Source: Omnitrophica bacterium GWA2_41_15 (GTDB taxonomy: Bacteria > Omnitrophota > Gorgyraeia > Gygaellales > UBA12090). From it: a stretch of DNA of 64,000 bases. Below the pieces are notes generated by a model. The model worked only from the letters and a program-made list of their open reading frames with translations. It ran no database searches and was not told the origin of the DNA. The position numbers were made by a program, and so were the translations under genes. The stretch is taken from NCBI GenBank assembly GCA_919902675.1, contig CAKKRH010000010.1:38614-102613 (forward strand), in the 5' to 3' direction. Below are positions 26,618 to 35,970 of the stretch, one piece after another (position 1 is the stretch's first letter; each line of letters opens with the position of its first letter).

Positions 26618-28894
26618 TCATTTTGTAGTAATGCTTGCTGTTTTGGAGAAATCCGATGCTGATGAGCCTTTATAGGCCCGGACCTTAAAATAATAGGTAG
26701 TTTTGCTTTTCAGGCCGTGCATATGCATAAAGGTTGTATTCTTTCTATACTTCGGCTTGCTAACTGAGTTCTCTGAGCCGCTTTTCCAGAAATACAGCTC
26801 AAACCCGTCTTCATTACTTGAGTTATCCTGCCAGCCTACCTTGAGTGAACTATCCCAGTTTGTGGACACCCTAAGATTTGAAGGAGCTTTTGGTTTTATC
26901 CCCGTATCCTTAGCCGGAGTGGTAATTGTGGCGGTGTTGGAATAGCTTGAATTCCTGGATTCGCTGGATTCCTTATAGGCTTTAACCCTGTAGTGGTATT
27001 TGGTATTGGCCTCTACGCTTGCATCGCTGTAGGTTTCCTTATTTCCTTCAGCAGAGGCAATCTGGGTAAATTGCTCTGTGCCTTCCTTCCTGCGTTCTAT
27101 CCTGAAGCCGGACTCATTAACAGAGTTATCCTCCCAGGTAAGCACAACAGAGCTTGAAGAAGCCGCCCTGGCCGAAAGATTGGTTGGCGCGCTTAATCTC
27201 TGATTGTAGGCATTACTCCCCGTGTTCACTGATACCGTATTTGAATATTCCGATTCTACCGAGCCTTTATAGGCCTTGACCCGGTAGTAATAGGTAGAAT
27301 TGGAATTAAGGATTACGGTATCATGGCTGGTGGTTCCTGCCTCTACGCTGGCCAGCGAGCTAAAGGATCCCGAAGAGCCTTGCCTGTATTCAATCTTAAA
27401 TCCATCTATCGTATCATCTGAATCATATTCCCAGCTCAAGGTAAGCCCGGATGAAGAGGTGAACTCCGCGCTTAAGCTTAAGGGAGCGCTAAGAGTAGAC
27501 ACGCTCAGTGTGGCGCTATCCTCGCTTGACCAGCGGCCGTTATTATCCTTGACCTTGAAATAAATAGTATGCTCACCCTTGGAAAGGGATGAGGTTGTAA
27601 ATGAGCTATCTGAACTTAGATCCCCATCAAGGCTTGAGCGCCAGGAATACGATTCTATACTGCCGCTGTTGATCTTCCCTGAGCCGCTAAATGATACCGA
27701 TTCTCCCTTATTCACGCTGCCTGAGCCTGCCGAATCAATAGAGGCGATAGGCGGATCAAGGCTTAGGGTGCCGTCACCTAAGAGGGTAATCCCATTAAGA
27801 TTACCGCGTGAGCTTGAGAGGTATTCTTTATTGAACCAAATTTTATACGCCTCTCCCAGAGTTTTCCTTTGATCTTTTCCTAAGGGGGGATAAAAATAGG
27901 AATACATTGTTATGCCGCCGGCATTAGTGGTCCCCAATGACGCCAATCCGTAGGTTTTTGAAAAAATGTAATGGCCGCCTAAGTAATTATCCGTATTATA
28001 CGCCGACGAGGTGCACGCAAAAAGAAGATAAAATAAGGATTTAGGGTCGGTATCGCGCACATCAGAATATTTTACCAGCCTGTTCCAATTATTTTCGAAT
28101 AAATGCTCATGCGCTGTTGAATGCGCCATTATATGTATCCATTCGTAATTATCTTTAAGCCTTTGCTTGTAGTCTGTATAGGAAGTGGCGCTTTTATCGC
28201 TAACAGTAGTAACATCCAAGTAGGCCTTGTCCAAATACGATTTTGAGGTATACCAATCATCATCTGGATAAAATAGGGCACGCTTTGTGATGGATAGTTC
28301 TCCCCTGCGGTATTTTTTATTTTTGTCGAAATAATTCTTTAGTATGCCGGCTTCATCCATATCGCTGCGTTCCACGGTTGAGGCGGTTAATCTTCCAAGC
28401 CATATCTCGGTTCCTATGTCTCCTGAGCCAGCGGTATGGGAATCATAGTATCCGTCGCCAAATATGTTATCCGACCACTGACCATCTAAATCCATATAAA
28501 ATATATCCGTAGGGAAGGGGTATTTCTTTTTGTATTCATCATAGTATTCTTGAGTTGTTTCGCAATAATAGGCGATGGGCAAATCACCGATAAACATTAC
28601 TCCTTCAATGCCGGAATTGTCATAACAGCTTTTGATATAGTTTTTTAATTCTTCTGCGGTACCGTCAATGAATTTTGCCGCGCTTACCTTATAGCTTTCA
28701 GCTTCTAAATCCGAGATGTATTGGCTTAAGGCCTTATTTACCGAGCTATAGATATCGGAATTAACCAATACAAGGATATTCTTACTCCCCGTCTGTGAGG
28801 CATATATCTCGTCATATTGGATTCCGGCTGATACCGAAGACGCGGCGCACAAAAGTACCGATAGGCTCATTATATAATATAATTTTGTTCTCAT
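26618..28894 (-). CDS. Secreted multidomain protein: N-terminal clan-CD (gingipain/C25-like) peptidase-like domain, Ig-like region, three FN3 repeats
   Basis: Signal peptide; His-then-Cys order (IMAHSTAHEH ... LLFACTSSAY); three repeats of the form LSAP..L....W.D.S..E.GF.IE.R; 758 aa. Confidence 0.55.
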   Translation of the reverse strand: MRTKLYYIMSLSVLLCAASSVSAGIQYDEIYASQTGSKNILVLVNSDIYSSVNKALSQYISDLEAESYKVSAAKFIDGTAEELKNYIKSCYDNSGIEGVMFIGDLPIAYYCETTQEYYDEYKKKYPFPTDIFYMDLDGQWSDNIFGDGYYDSHTAGSGDIGTEIWLGRLTASTVERSDMDEAGILKNYFDKNKKYRRGELSITKRALFYPDDDWYTSKSYLDKAYLDVTTVSDKSATSYTDYKQRLKDNYEWIHIMAHSTAHEHLFENNWNRLVKYSDVRDTDPKSLFYLLFACTSSAYNTDNYLGGHYIFSKTYGLASLGTTNAGGITMYSYFYPPLGKDQRKTLGEAYKIWFNKEYLSSSRGNLNGITLLGDGTLSLDPPIASIDSAGSGSVNKGESVSFSGSGKINSGSIESYSWRSSLDGDLSSDSSFTTSSLSKGEHTIYFKVKDNNGRWSSEDSATLSVSTLSAPLSLSAEFTSSSGLTLSWEYDSDDTIDGFKIEYRQGSSGSFSSLASVEAGTTSHDTVILNSNSTYYYRVKAYKGSVESEYSNTVSVNTGSNAYNQRLSAPTNLSARAASSSSVVLTWEDNSVNESGFRIERRKEGTEQFTQIASAEGNKETYSDASVEANTKYHYRVKAYKESSESRNSSYSNTATITTPAKDTGIKPKAPSNLRVSTNWDSSLKVGWQDNSSNEDGFELYFWKSGSENSVSKPKYRKNTTFMHMHGLKSKTTYYFKVRAYKGSSASDFSKTASITTK

Positions 28895-28913
28895 GGCAAT
28901 GCCTCCTTATAAA

Positions 28914-29864
28914 TTAGGGACTAGTCTGCATGATTATTATCGCGTTCTCGGCTATATTTATAGACTTTTCCCATTGCAGCATAAGCATGTTTTCGGCCGG
29001 TTTATCCTTCTTAAGCATATCTGTATATTCAACAATCTCGGGCAGGGCGCTGGTATCATTAATCTTAGTTAAAGAGTTTATCAACGCGTCCTTATACAAC
29101 TGGTCGCCGTAAGTTTTCAATTCATAAAGAAGTATCTTTACGGCTCGGTTATCCTTTAGTTTTCCTAGGGAATTTACAATCGCGGTCTTAACTCGCATTT
29201 CTTTTTCATCCTGTATTTTATCAAGCAGACTGCCTACTCCATAGGGGTGGTTTAACTCTCCCAGGGCCCAGGCTGCTTTCTGCCGCGCGCTTATATCTTT
29301 GTCAAAAAGCGTCAAGGAGAGTTCGAAAACCGCCTGCTCATCTTTAATCTTGCCCAGCGCCTCGGCAGAATTGCGCCGGATATAAGCGTTTTCATCTTTG
29401 ATAGCGGATAATAAAGCCGGGATTGCTTCTTTATCCCCGATCCTGCCTAAGATAAAGACAATCTGTCCTTTAAGCGGGATATCCGCGCTTTCCAGGCCTT
29501 GGCATAATAAAGGCACAGCCTCTTTGCCTAAGGCAGTGAGCTTATCCGCAGCCTCCTGACTTATCTCAAAGTCATCGTTCCCTAAATCGGCAATCAAGGA
29601 TTTGATTTTTTCTTCTGATTCTAAAGAAGTGATAGCATCTTTAAAGCCGCCATTCTTCTCTTGGGAAGACAGTAGATTTACCTGCCCTGCGGATTCTATT
29701 GCTTCTTCTTTCCGCTCTTCCTTAGGGGAATCTATTGCTATGGGTGAGAATGAGGTATCTTTTTTACCGGGATTGTTAGCTAAGGAATATATGTAATACA
29801 GAAATAGTATATTGATTATAATAATTAATCCTAAAGGAGCGATTATCTTCTTAAATATCTTCAT
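28914..29864 (-). CDS. HEAT/PBS-lyase-repeat protein with N-terminal TM anchor
   Basis: Repeats EAIPALLSAIKDENAYIRRNSAEALGKI and ARQKAAWALGELN. Confidence 0.7.
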   Translation of the reverse strand: MKIFKKIIAPLGLIIIINILFLYYIYSLANNPGKKDTSFSPIAIDSPKEERKEEAIESAGQVNLLSSQEKNGGFKDAITSLESEEKIKSLIADLGNDDFEISQEAADKLTALGKEAVPLLCQGLESADIPLKGQIVFILGRIGDKEAIPALLSAIKDENAYIRRNSAEALGKIKDEQAVFELSLTLFDKDISARQKAAWALGELNHPYGVGSLLDKIQDEKEMRVKTAIVNSLGKLKDNRAVKILLYELKTYGDQLYKDALINSLTKINDTSALPEIVEYTDMLKKDKPAENMLMLQWEKSINIAENAIIIMQTSP

Positions 29865-30041
29865 TATTAGTATTTTTAAAAGTGTTTAATAAGTTAGTAA
29901 CAAAATAAGCTTTGCTGCTTTCTAATGTTGCCTGCTTTGTTTGGATTTGTTTCCTCATTCTAAGAAAAAGTATAACATCAAAGCTTTATAAAAACAATGG
30001 CATTTCAGAGGTTTCAGGAAAACGCTTTCTTTAAACAACTT

Positions 30042-30659
30042 TTATTTTGCCGGATTATCGATGCCCGCGGCGCCATAAAATACTGAAATATGCCTATCAG
30101 GGCTAAATTTACTACCCCAAATAACCCTGCCATAAGTTCTAAAAAAATGTTCAACATGCGTTTTAAAGCTAAAAGACGCGCTTGAACGCGGGCTTTTTGC
30201 CAGCGCCTTACCCCACAACTTAGCCAACTTCAAGGCCGGCACGCGCTGTTTCCTGAAAACCCTTACCAAATCATCAACATCAGGGTCTAAATATCTGGCG
30301 ATTTTACCTATGGACCAATAGGCCGGCTCAAGAAGCATAACTATAACCCTTCCAAATCTTTTATAAGGTATCGCGTGGCGCTTATAATCTAAAAAAGTTA
30401 TTTGCGACCACCTATCTATATCTTCTGAGAAATTGACTGCGACACCGGAAACCGCTGATGTCCGTTCTATGGCATCCTGGGCGTCTGCGAAATATTTCTT
30501 ATCACAGCGGACGGCAAAATCTATATCCAAACTTGGCCGCGCTCCGCCTAAAAGATTCCCCGCGGCGCAACCGGTAAGAAAAATCTTCATACCGCCCTTA
30601 ACCTTATTAGAGTTTTGGCCCAGTTTAGAGAAAAAATCATCTATATTCTTTTTATTCAT
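30042..30659 (-). CDS. Putative minimal nucleotidyltransferase-fold protein (candidate toxin/Abi partner of the XRE protein)
   Basis: LTGCAAGNLLGGARPSLDIDFAV fits G[S/C]x13DxD. Overlaps the XRE gene by 8 nt. Confidence 0.35.
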   Translation of the reverse strand: MNKKNIDDFFSKLGQNSNKVKGGMKIFLTGCAAGNLLGGARPSLDIDFAVRCDKKYFADAQDAIERTSAVSGVAVNFSEDIDRWSQITFLDYKRHAIPYKRFGRVIVMLLEPAYWSIGKIARYLDPDVDDLVRVFRKQRVPALKLAKLWGKALAKSPRSSASFSFKTHVEHFFRTYGRVIWGSKFSPDRHISVFYGAAGIDNPAK

Positions 30660-31152
30660 TTATCTTTAGATTTAATAACTTATCCTGCCGAGACAACAAA
30701 TTATCGGCAACTTCTTTTCCAATTCTTGATTTTAACATAAGCCAACTATTTATACATGCCTTGCGCGTCTTAATGGTATTTTTATAAATCTTTTTTTGGG
30801 CATTGATTCTATTTTTAGTTATTTTTGAAAAAAGGCTGCCGATAGTCCTGTCCTTAGGGTTTAATTTATAAAAGGCCGCACCCAAGCTTACCTGTACGGT
30901 ATTTTCTAATACCTTGCGCGGCCAGCTGGCACTCTTATTAAGTTCAAGAGGCGCAATACCATCCACCAATACACCAGGCTTTATCCCCAAGGCAAAAGAA
31001 AGCGCCCTTAATGTGGCTACGGTAATATCCTGCCTGCCATGCTCTATAGCGCTAAGATTAGGCCTGGGAATACCGGCTCTCAGCGCCAATGATTCCTGGG
31101 ACAATCCTTTCGCCAAACGCCACAAACATATATTTTCCCCCAAACTAATCAT
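30652..31152 (-). CDS. XRE-family helix-turn-helix protein with C-terminal extension
   Basis: LAKGLSQESLALRAGIPRPNLSAIEHGRQDITVATLRALSFALGI is a Cro/C1-type HTH. An AATGTAG-N8-CTACATT palindrome lies upstream at 31161-31182. Confidence 0.7.
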   Translation of the reverse strand: MISLGENICLWRLAKGLSQESLALRAGIPRPNLSAIEHGRQDITVATLRALSFALGIKPGVLVDGIAPLELNKSASWPRKVLENTVQVSLGAAFYKLNPKDRTIGSLFSKITKNRINAQKKIYKNTIKTRKACINSWLMLKSRIGKEVADNLLSRQDKLLNLKINE

Positions 31153-31235
31153 GATTATAATGTAGCATATTTACTACATTATGTCAATATAGTTTCTATT
31201 TCGGTATGAAGCTTTGATTTATCAACAAAAAACCG

Positions 31236-31262
31236 AACAAGATGTTCGGTTGCGGATAAAGC
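31236..31262 (-). terminator. Rho-independent terminator (AACCGAACA-aga-TGTTCGGTT with a T-run on the minus strand) after vapC
   Basis: Read directly. Confidence 0.5.
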
Positions 31263-31288
31263 GGCCTTCCGGAAAAGACATATTATCG

Positions 31289-31657
31289 CTATCTTAAGAT
31301 AACCACATTATGAAGCCCAAGAAAATGTTTATCACTGGTAATTAATTTTGCCTTCTCCTGCTGGGCAGTAGCATAAATTATCGCGTCCGCCATAGCAAGA
31401 TTGTATCTAAGACTAACATCTGCCGCTGTCAAAGCCAAACTATCATCCAAGACCACAACCCTGGCCTTACCCATATGGGCGACGGCCAAAAGCGCGTCTT
31501 CCTCGCTTCTCTCCCTTTTAATCTTTTTATAGACCTCATAAATAATTAACGCTGGAACAACGATTTCCTCGATCTTTTCCAGATAGGAGAAATACTTTTG
31601 CGCGAGCGGTCCATCAGTAAAGAACTCCAGCCATCCCGATGAATCAACTAAATTCAT
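31289..31657 (-). CDS. vapC: PIN-domain toxin VapC
   Basis: MNLVDSSGWLEFF...LITSDKHF; PIN acidic residues present; 122 aa. Confidence 0.8.
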   Translation of the reverse strand: MNLVDSSGWLEFFTDGPLAQKYFSYLEKIEEIVVPALIIYEVYKKIKRERSEEDALLAVAHMGKARVVVLDDSLALTAADVSLRYNLAMADAIIYATAQQEKAKLITSDKHFLGLHNVVILR

Positions 31658-31863
31658 ATCCTCTGGCTATGGTCGCGCGGCGACTTAATGTTCATGCCTT
31701 TAATGTATCCGCGGAATTCCTTCAAAGGCTTTCCGGGAACCAATGTAATCAGCCCTTCCTTAACCAGCATCTCTATCTTCTGGCCGCTTTTTAAAGAAAG
31801 CGTCTTTCTTATTGCCTTAGGGATAACTACCTGATACTTCGGAGAAAGCGTTACTTCAAGCAT
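31654..31863 (-). CDS. vapB: AbrB/MazE-type antitoxin VapB
   Basis: 69 aa, SpoVT/AbrB-like swapped-hairpin N-terminus (KYQVVIPKAIRKTL). Overlaps vapC by 4 nt. Confidence 0.7.
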   Translation of the reverse strand: MLEVTLSPKYQVVIPKAIRKTLSLKSGQKIEMLVKEGLITLVPGKPLKEFRGYIKGMNIKSPRDHSQRI

Positions 31864-32044
31864 CGATACATACTCCTTCCAACGATTTGATTATCGTTAA
31901 ATAAAGTATACAACATTTTCACAAAAAAATCAACTTTTTTCCCGACAACAACTGACCCCTCTTTAATCTTTAACCCTCTGCAGGGTTAAAGATTAAAGAA
32001 CAGACTCATCAGTGGTATTTTCGAATAAGCGAATAAGCGAATAA

Positions 32045-32071
32045 GGGGTCAGCCCTTGAAATGTGAAATGA
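32045..32071 (+). repeat. 27-bp terminal-inverted-repeat-type sequence GGGGTCAGCCCTTGAAATGTGAAATGA. An exact inverted copy lies at 38697-38723
   Basis: Perfect 27/27 reverse-complement match read directly. Related to the MITE TIR GGGGTCAGGCCTTGAAACTTGAAAT. Confidence 0.85.
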
Positions 32072-32262
32072 GCTCCTCAACCTCGCGATTAACCTTCTTA
32101 TCCTCTTGTCTTAGACGCTCAATATCCCCGGCCGCTTTACTGACCGCGGAATAGGTTATCCCAAACCTGGTCCCGATTTCAACGTTACTTAAAGAGGTGA
32201 GTTTTTTAGCCAGGTAGATAGCGACCTTCCTGGCGAAAACCGGCTTTTTCTTGCTATTTTAC
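32050..32262 (-). pseudogene. Startless fragment encoding a DnaA-C-terminal-like HTH domain (KVAIYLAKKLTSLSNVEIGTRFG...), probable C-terminal remnant of an IS transposase
   Basis: My translation of the minus strand is open for 70 codons with no ATG and ends (ISHFKG*) inside the 27-bp TIR. Confidence 0.4.
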
Positions 32263-32263
32263 C

Positions 32264-32758
32264 TTACTTATATTTTTTCTCCTGGAAAGGATTATAATAT
32301 TTGCTCATTCCATCCATCAGCAAGGCCAACTCATAAAATTTTTCTTCCGGTATATCCTTAAACTCTTCAAGGCTCTGTATCTCCGTACTATATTTTTCTT
32401 TTATTTCCTTAAACCAAATTGAAAACTGTTCCTTCGCTCGTTCGCGCATATATGCATCCGGAGCGTCATCATAAAATGTCTGTATTACAAATCCTTGATA
32501 AGACTTCAGCAGTTTAACCTTATCTTTTGAGCTCCATTTAACAGTAACGCCAATAACCCAAGCACCCCCATGGTATACACCAAAATTAATATTTTTAATC
32601 GCCATGTTGCTCTCATGTCTTTTCCTGAACTGAGCATAAACAGCTCTGATTATCTCTAATCCATCATTATTATAAACATTCCACCCTGAAGATACTAAAG
32701 CCTTTTCTTCGTTTGATAAATTAAACCATTCTTGTGGTCTAGTATTTTTGCTTACCAT
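32264..32758 (-). CDS. Hypothetical protein, AT-rich orphan ORF embedded in IS/MITE debris
   Basis: 164-aa ORF with no recognisable motifs. Confidence 0.4.
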   Translation of the reverse strand: MVSKNTRPQEWFNLSNEEKALVSSGWNVYNNDGLEIIRAVYAQFRKRHESNMAIKNINFGVYHGGAWVIGVTVKWSSKDKVKLLKSYQGFVIQTFYDDAPDAYMRERAKEQFSIWFKEIKEKYSTEIQSLEEFKDIPEEKFYELALLMDGMSKYYNPFQEKKYK

Positions 32759-32800
32759 ATTGGGGCAAATTTTGGCTTATTACGATCTAATAATAATTAT

Positions 32801-32929
32801 GGGATCAGGCCTTGAAACTTGAAATTAGTCATCAACTTTGCAAACAGCCTCAAGAAACAAATAAAACATTTATTCTACACCAAATAACAAAGCTATTGGT
32901 TAAATTCAATATTCAAGGTCTGGCCCCTT
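32801..32929. mobile_element. MITE-like element copy A (about 129 bp) with TIRs GGGATCAGGCCTTGAA...TTCAAGGTCTGGCCCC
   Basis: Near-identical copy at 38522-38648; partial right-end copies at 33102-33132 and 33171-33199. Confidence 0.6.
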
Positions 32930-33095
32930 AATCCCTTTTGCAGTTTTAAGGTATTCAAGGAATTTTTGGTAGTCGGTTTTATCGAAGAAAATCTTTTTGC
33001 GGTCATCACCGCGGCTGGTTATGTGATAAAGGCAGCCTTCGCCTTGCAGTCTGTAAGGACGGGCCTTAGCTGTATTTTATACTGGACAACGAGAT
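32930..33095 (-). pseudogene. N-terminal fragment of a Y1/IS200-like (RAYT-type) transposase, truncated by the MITE at 32929
   Basis: My translation reads ARPYRLQGEGCLYHITSRGDDRKKIFFDKTDYQKFLEYL, matching the R.PR..GE..YH..RGN.R..IF.D..D...FL..L N-terminal pattern of IS200-like transposases. No ATG and no downstream HUH/Tyr part. Confidence 0.5.
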
Positions 33096-33287
33096 TATCA
33101 AGTTAAATTCAACATTCAAGGCCTGAGCCCTTAATATTTTTATTTGCTTTCGCACTTACAATTACAATCTTCTCATTCAAGGACTGACACCTTTATCCAT
33201 CAAACTATGGGTTAAGGAACGATGTTCTATATTTACTTTTACAAGGGGGGGGAACTTGACAGGGAGTACTCTTATGCCTTAAATAAG

Positions 33288-34889
33288 CTAAGGCAATAGC
33301 TCATTTTTAGCATGATTGATTGCCACTGCAAAATTGAGATTCTGTCCTTCATCAAAACTGGAAGATGTAATCCCAATCACTTCTCCATTCATATTAAAAA
33401 GTGCACCTCCACTGCTTCCAGGAGAAATCGGCGCGCTAATCTGAATAAGTTTGGTGCCGTTCATATCCCTCACCGCACTGACTAAGCCATCGGAAACTGT
33501 ATTTTCGAGCCCTTTAGGATTACCGATCGCTACAACCCGCTCCCCAACAGAAACTAGATCTGAATCTCCTAAAACCACCGGTATAAAATTACCGGCACCG
33601 TTAATTTTTAACAACGCCAAATCTCTAATCGTATTATCCTTAACAATTTGAACATTGGAATAGACGCGATTATCGGCAATAAATTTTATTGATATTGCTC
33701 CTCCTCCACTAATTACATGAGAATTAGTAATAATCAATCCGTCTGAGCTAACAACAAAACCGCTGCCAATCGTCCCTTGGGCCTGTACAAGAACAACTGA
33801 CTTACCGAAAGCGCCAACAATCTCTTCCGCTGAAGATATTGGTAAGCTCTTTTTTGCGAGCTTCCCTGAAGATTCAAGCGGGGATACGCTCTGCTTTTTT
33901 GAAGCATCACTTCCGAAAATCTCATTCCAGCGGTTTATTTCGTTCTCTTCTTGAAACTTGATCCGTTTTGCTGAGACAAGATCCCCTTCCTTAACGGCCT
34001 CCTTCATATCAAATGGCCGAGCTAAAGATAGATTCTTTTCCAATACCTCAGTAATCTTAATTTTAGCAATCTCCGTTTGCTTATATCCAAGGATACGACT
34101 CGTAGCTTGATCTTTAATCGGTTCATGTAAACGAACTACAGCGAAAACATCATTTTTTTCAATCTTATCGTTAAGACCCGCATTTATATATATACCTTTG
34201 TCATCTATGCGGACAACGCGACAAATCCAATAATCACCTTTAACATCATCCGATAGAATACTAACCGCATCTGCTAAGGCCTCTTGCAAATAATTTTTCT
34301 GCCCTGTTCCGGTTGCGATAATATCTCCTGTATTAACATCTACCAAGCGCAATGTCGCTGTATATTGACTATCTCCGAATCGTTCACCACTCTTATTAGG
34401 AAGAATATCTCCAAACAAAACATATTGTACCCCATAAATATTTCCTAATTGATTAGCGGGATCTTTTTTTACCCAATCGGATTTCTCGAATTGTATCTCA
34501 CGGATTAATTGATTCACTTCTTGTCGCTCTACGACATCAAACATACTGGTCTTTTTAAGAAGGTCAGATAACAATCCTACAACAAGGTTAACTTTTGGTT
34601 CGCTGGGTTTTTCCAAGTTTGGCGTGGCAATATTGATGTTATACGCATGCGAGCCGCTCGTTTCTGTCTTGTCGGTTTTGTTAAACGGACTACCGGAGAT
34701 ATTGATTGACTCACCAAAGCTACCAATAGCTACCTTATATTTTGTATTTTTCTCTTTAATCTGACTTAGTTTCTTATGAAGGTACTCAAATTCTTTCTTC
34801 ACTCCTTCTTCTGCCCGAACAATCCCTTGAGCGATAAAACCGAATACTAAAAATAAAATAAATAAATAGAAAACAAGATTTTTCTTCAC
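33288..34889 (-). CDS. Secreted fusion protein: CsgG-like (TolB-N-like fold) N-terminal domain plus C-terminal trypsin-like serine protease (S1)
   Basis: Signal peptide; CsgG-like pattern VAIGSF...DVVERQEVNQLIREIQ...GVQYVLFGDI...RLVDVNTGDII; protease triad context GSGFVVSSDGLIITNSHV (His), DLALLKI (Asp), GSSGGALFN (Ser). Confidence 0.6.
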   Translation of the reverse strand: MKKNLVFYLFILFLVFGFIAQGIVRAEEGVKKEFEYLHKKLSQIKEKNTKYKVAIGSFGESINISGSPFNKTDKTETSGSHAYNINIATPNLEKPSEPKVNLVVGLLSDLLKKTSMFDVVERQEVNQLIREIQFEKSDWVKKDPANQLGNIYGVQYVLFGDILPNKSGERFGDSQYTATLRLVDVNTGDIIATGTGQKNYLQEALADAVSILSDDVKGDYWICRVVRIDDKGIYINAGLNDKIEKNDVFAVVRLHEPIKDQATSRILGYKQTEIAKIKITEVLEKNLSLARPFDMKEAVKEGDLVSAKRIKFQEENEINRWNEIFGSDASKKQSVSPLESSGKLAKKSLPISSAEEIVGAFGKSVVLVQAQGTIGSGFVVSSDGLIITNSHVISGGGAISIKFIADNRVYSNVQIVKDNTIRDLALLKINGAGNFIPVVLGDSDLVSVGERVVAIGNPKGLENTVSDGLVSAVRDMNGTKLIQISAPISPGSSGGALFNMNGEVIGITSSSFDEGQNLNFAVAINHAKNELLP

Positions 34890-34916
34890 TGTTTACTCCT
34901 TTATTGTATTTCTTTA

Positions 34917-35345
34917 TTATTGCGCCTTACGAATGCGGATCGTATAATCCTTAGCTTTAGGATTAAAGGCAGTCGTTTTGTACGCATACGTAGAATATCG
35001 TGGTATCAAAACAAGTTCCCAATTAGTATCGTCTCCTATTTGAAAATCCTGTTCATCGCGGAAAACAGTTTGAACTTGCAATCTTAATAACTCATCTTTC
35101 ATATTTCGGATCTCGCAGTAGACTTTAAGCCGTTTATCCTCAGTCCAGTCCGTCTTTTGAGCTAAAATAACAACACGCTTTGAAGAAAACTGATTGTCCA
35201 GGTCCTTATCGAGGATAACTACTTTAAGATTTCTTTCCTTATCCTCATGAGCATTATATGGAATAGCATGATACGGTCCGGTAGCACAACCGTTTAAAAG
35301 AAAAATCCCGGTTACAAGATAAAAGATACGCGAAGGCTTCAACAT
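34917..35345 (-). CDS. Small lipoprotein (lipobox LLNGC), possibly DUF4810-like
   Basis: Lipobox after the signal peptide, 142 aa; assignment is from operon context only. Confidence 0.45.
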   Translation of the reverse strand: MLKPSRIFYLVTGIFLLNGCATGPYHAIPYNAHEDKERNLKVVILDKDLDNQFSSKRVVILAQKTDWTEDKRLKVYCEIRNMKDELLRLQVQTVFRDEQDFQIGDDTNWELVLIPRYSTYAYKTTAFNPKAKDYTIRIRKAQ

Positions 35346-35368
35346 ATTCAGCTCCTTATCGTTTAAGT

Positions 35369-35959
35369 TTATTGATAGGCAACCCCTGCTTCGCCTACTC
35401 GTTTAATTTCATAGGAATCTTCCCAAACAATATCGCTATTTTCTGCATCAATCAACTGAAAAGCCATCAAGACATAATCTGACCGGTTTCCGCTAGCTGC
35501 CTTTGATAACCCAGTCAATTCTCCGGTCAAGTATAAATCGACACCCAACAGATCATCTTCTTTGCTGGCTGTTACCAGATTCTTTCTTTTAGCTTCGCGT
35601 TCCTTAAGAACATCCTCTATCCGGTCACGGGCAAGAAAACGCACCTTACCAGTAGCATTCTTATTAAGTTCGATTCGAATCTTTTGAGTAAAAATATCTT
35701 TATTAATTATAAATCGCGTATTGTTCTTAACCGGCAAAATAGCGATTCGGGGAGTTCCTTTAGCGTTCATAACCTCAGGGATCTCTAAAATGGATAGAGC
35801 CATCTTCCGCGCAACCGTCATGATATCGGTAGATTCAATACCTGTTCCCCCTAGATTATCATCATCATCAGGAAGGATCACGGTTGAGTGCGAAATCGGA
35901 ACACTAGCACAAGACGATAATGTAAGTGTAAGTAGAAAAAACAATGTCCAATATCTCAT
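35369..35959 (-). CDS. Lipoprotein with TolB-N/LpoB/DUF799 (GNA1162)-like pattern
   Basis: Lipobox LSSC; RIAILPVKNNT...RIEDVLKERE...GVDLYLTGELTG...FQLIDAENSDIVWE resembles the CsgG/LpoB/DUF799 fold pattern. Confidence 0.5.
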   Translation of the reverse strand: MRYWTLFFLLTLTLSSCASVPISHSTVILPDDDDNLGGTGIESTDIMTVARKMALSILEIPEVMNAKGTPRIAILPVKNNTRFIINKDIFTQKIRIELNKNATGKVRFLARDRIEDVLKEREAKRKNLVTASKEDDLLGVDLYLTGELTGLSKAASGNRSDYVLMAFQLIDAENSDIVWEDSYEIKRVGEAGVAYQ

Positions 35960-35970
35960 ATTTTTCTCCT

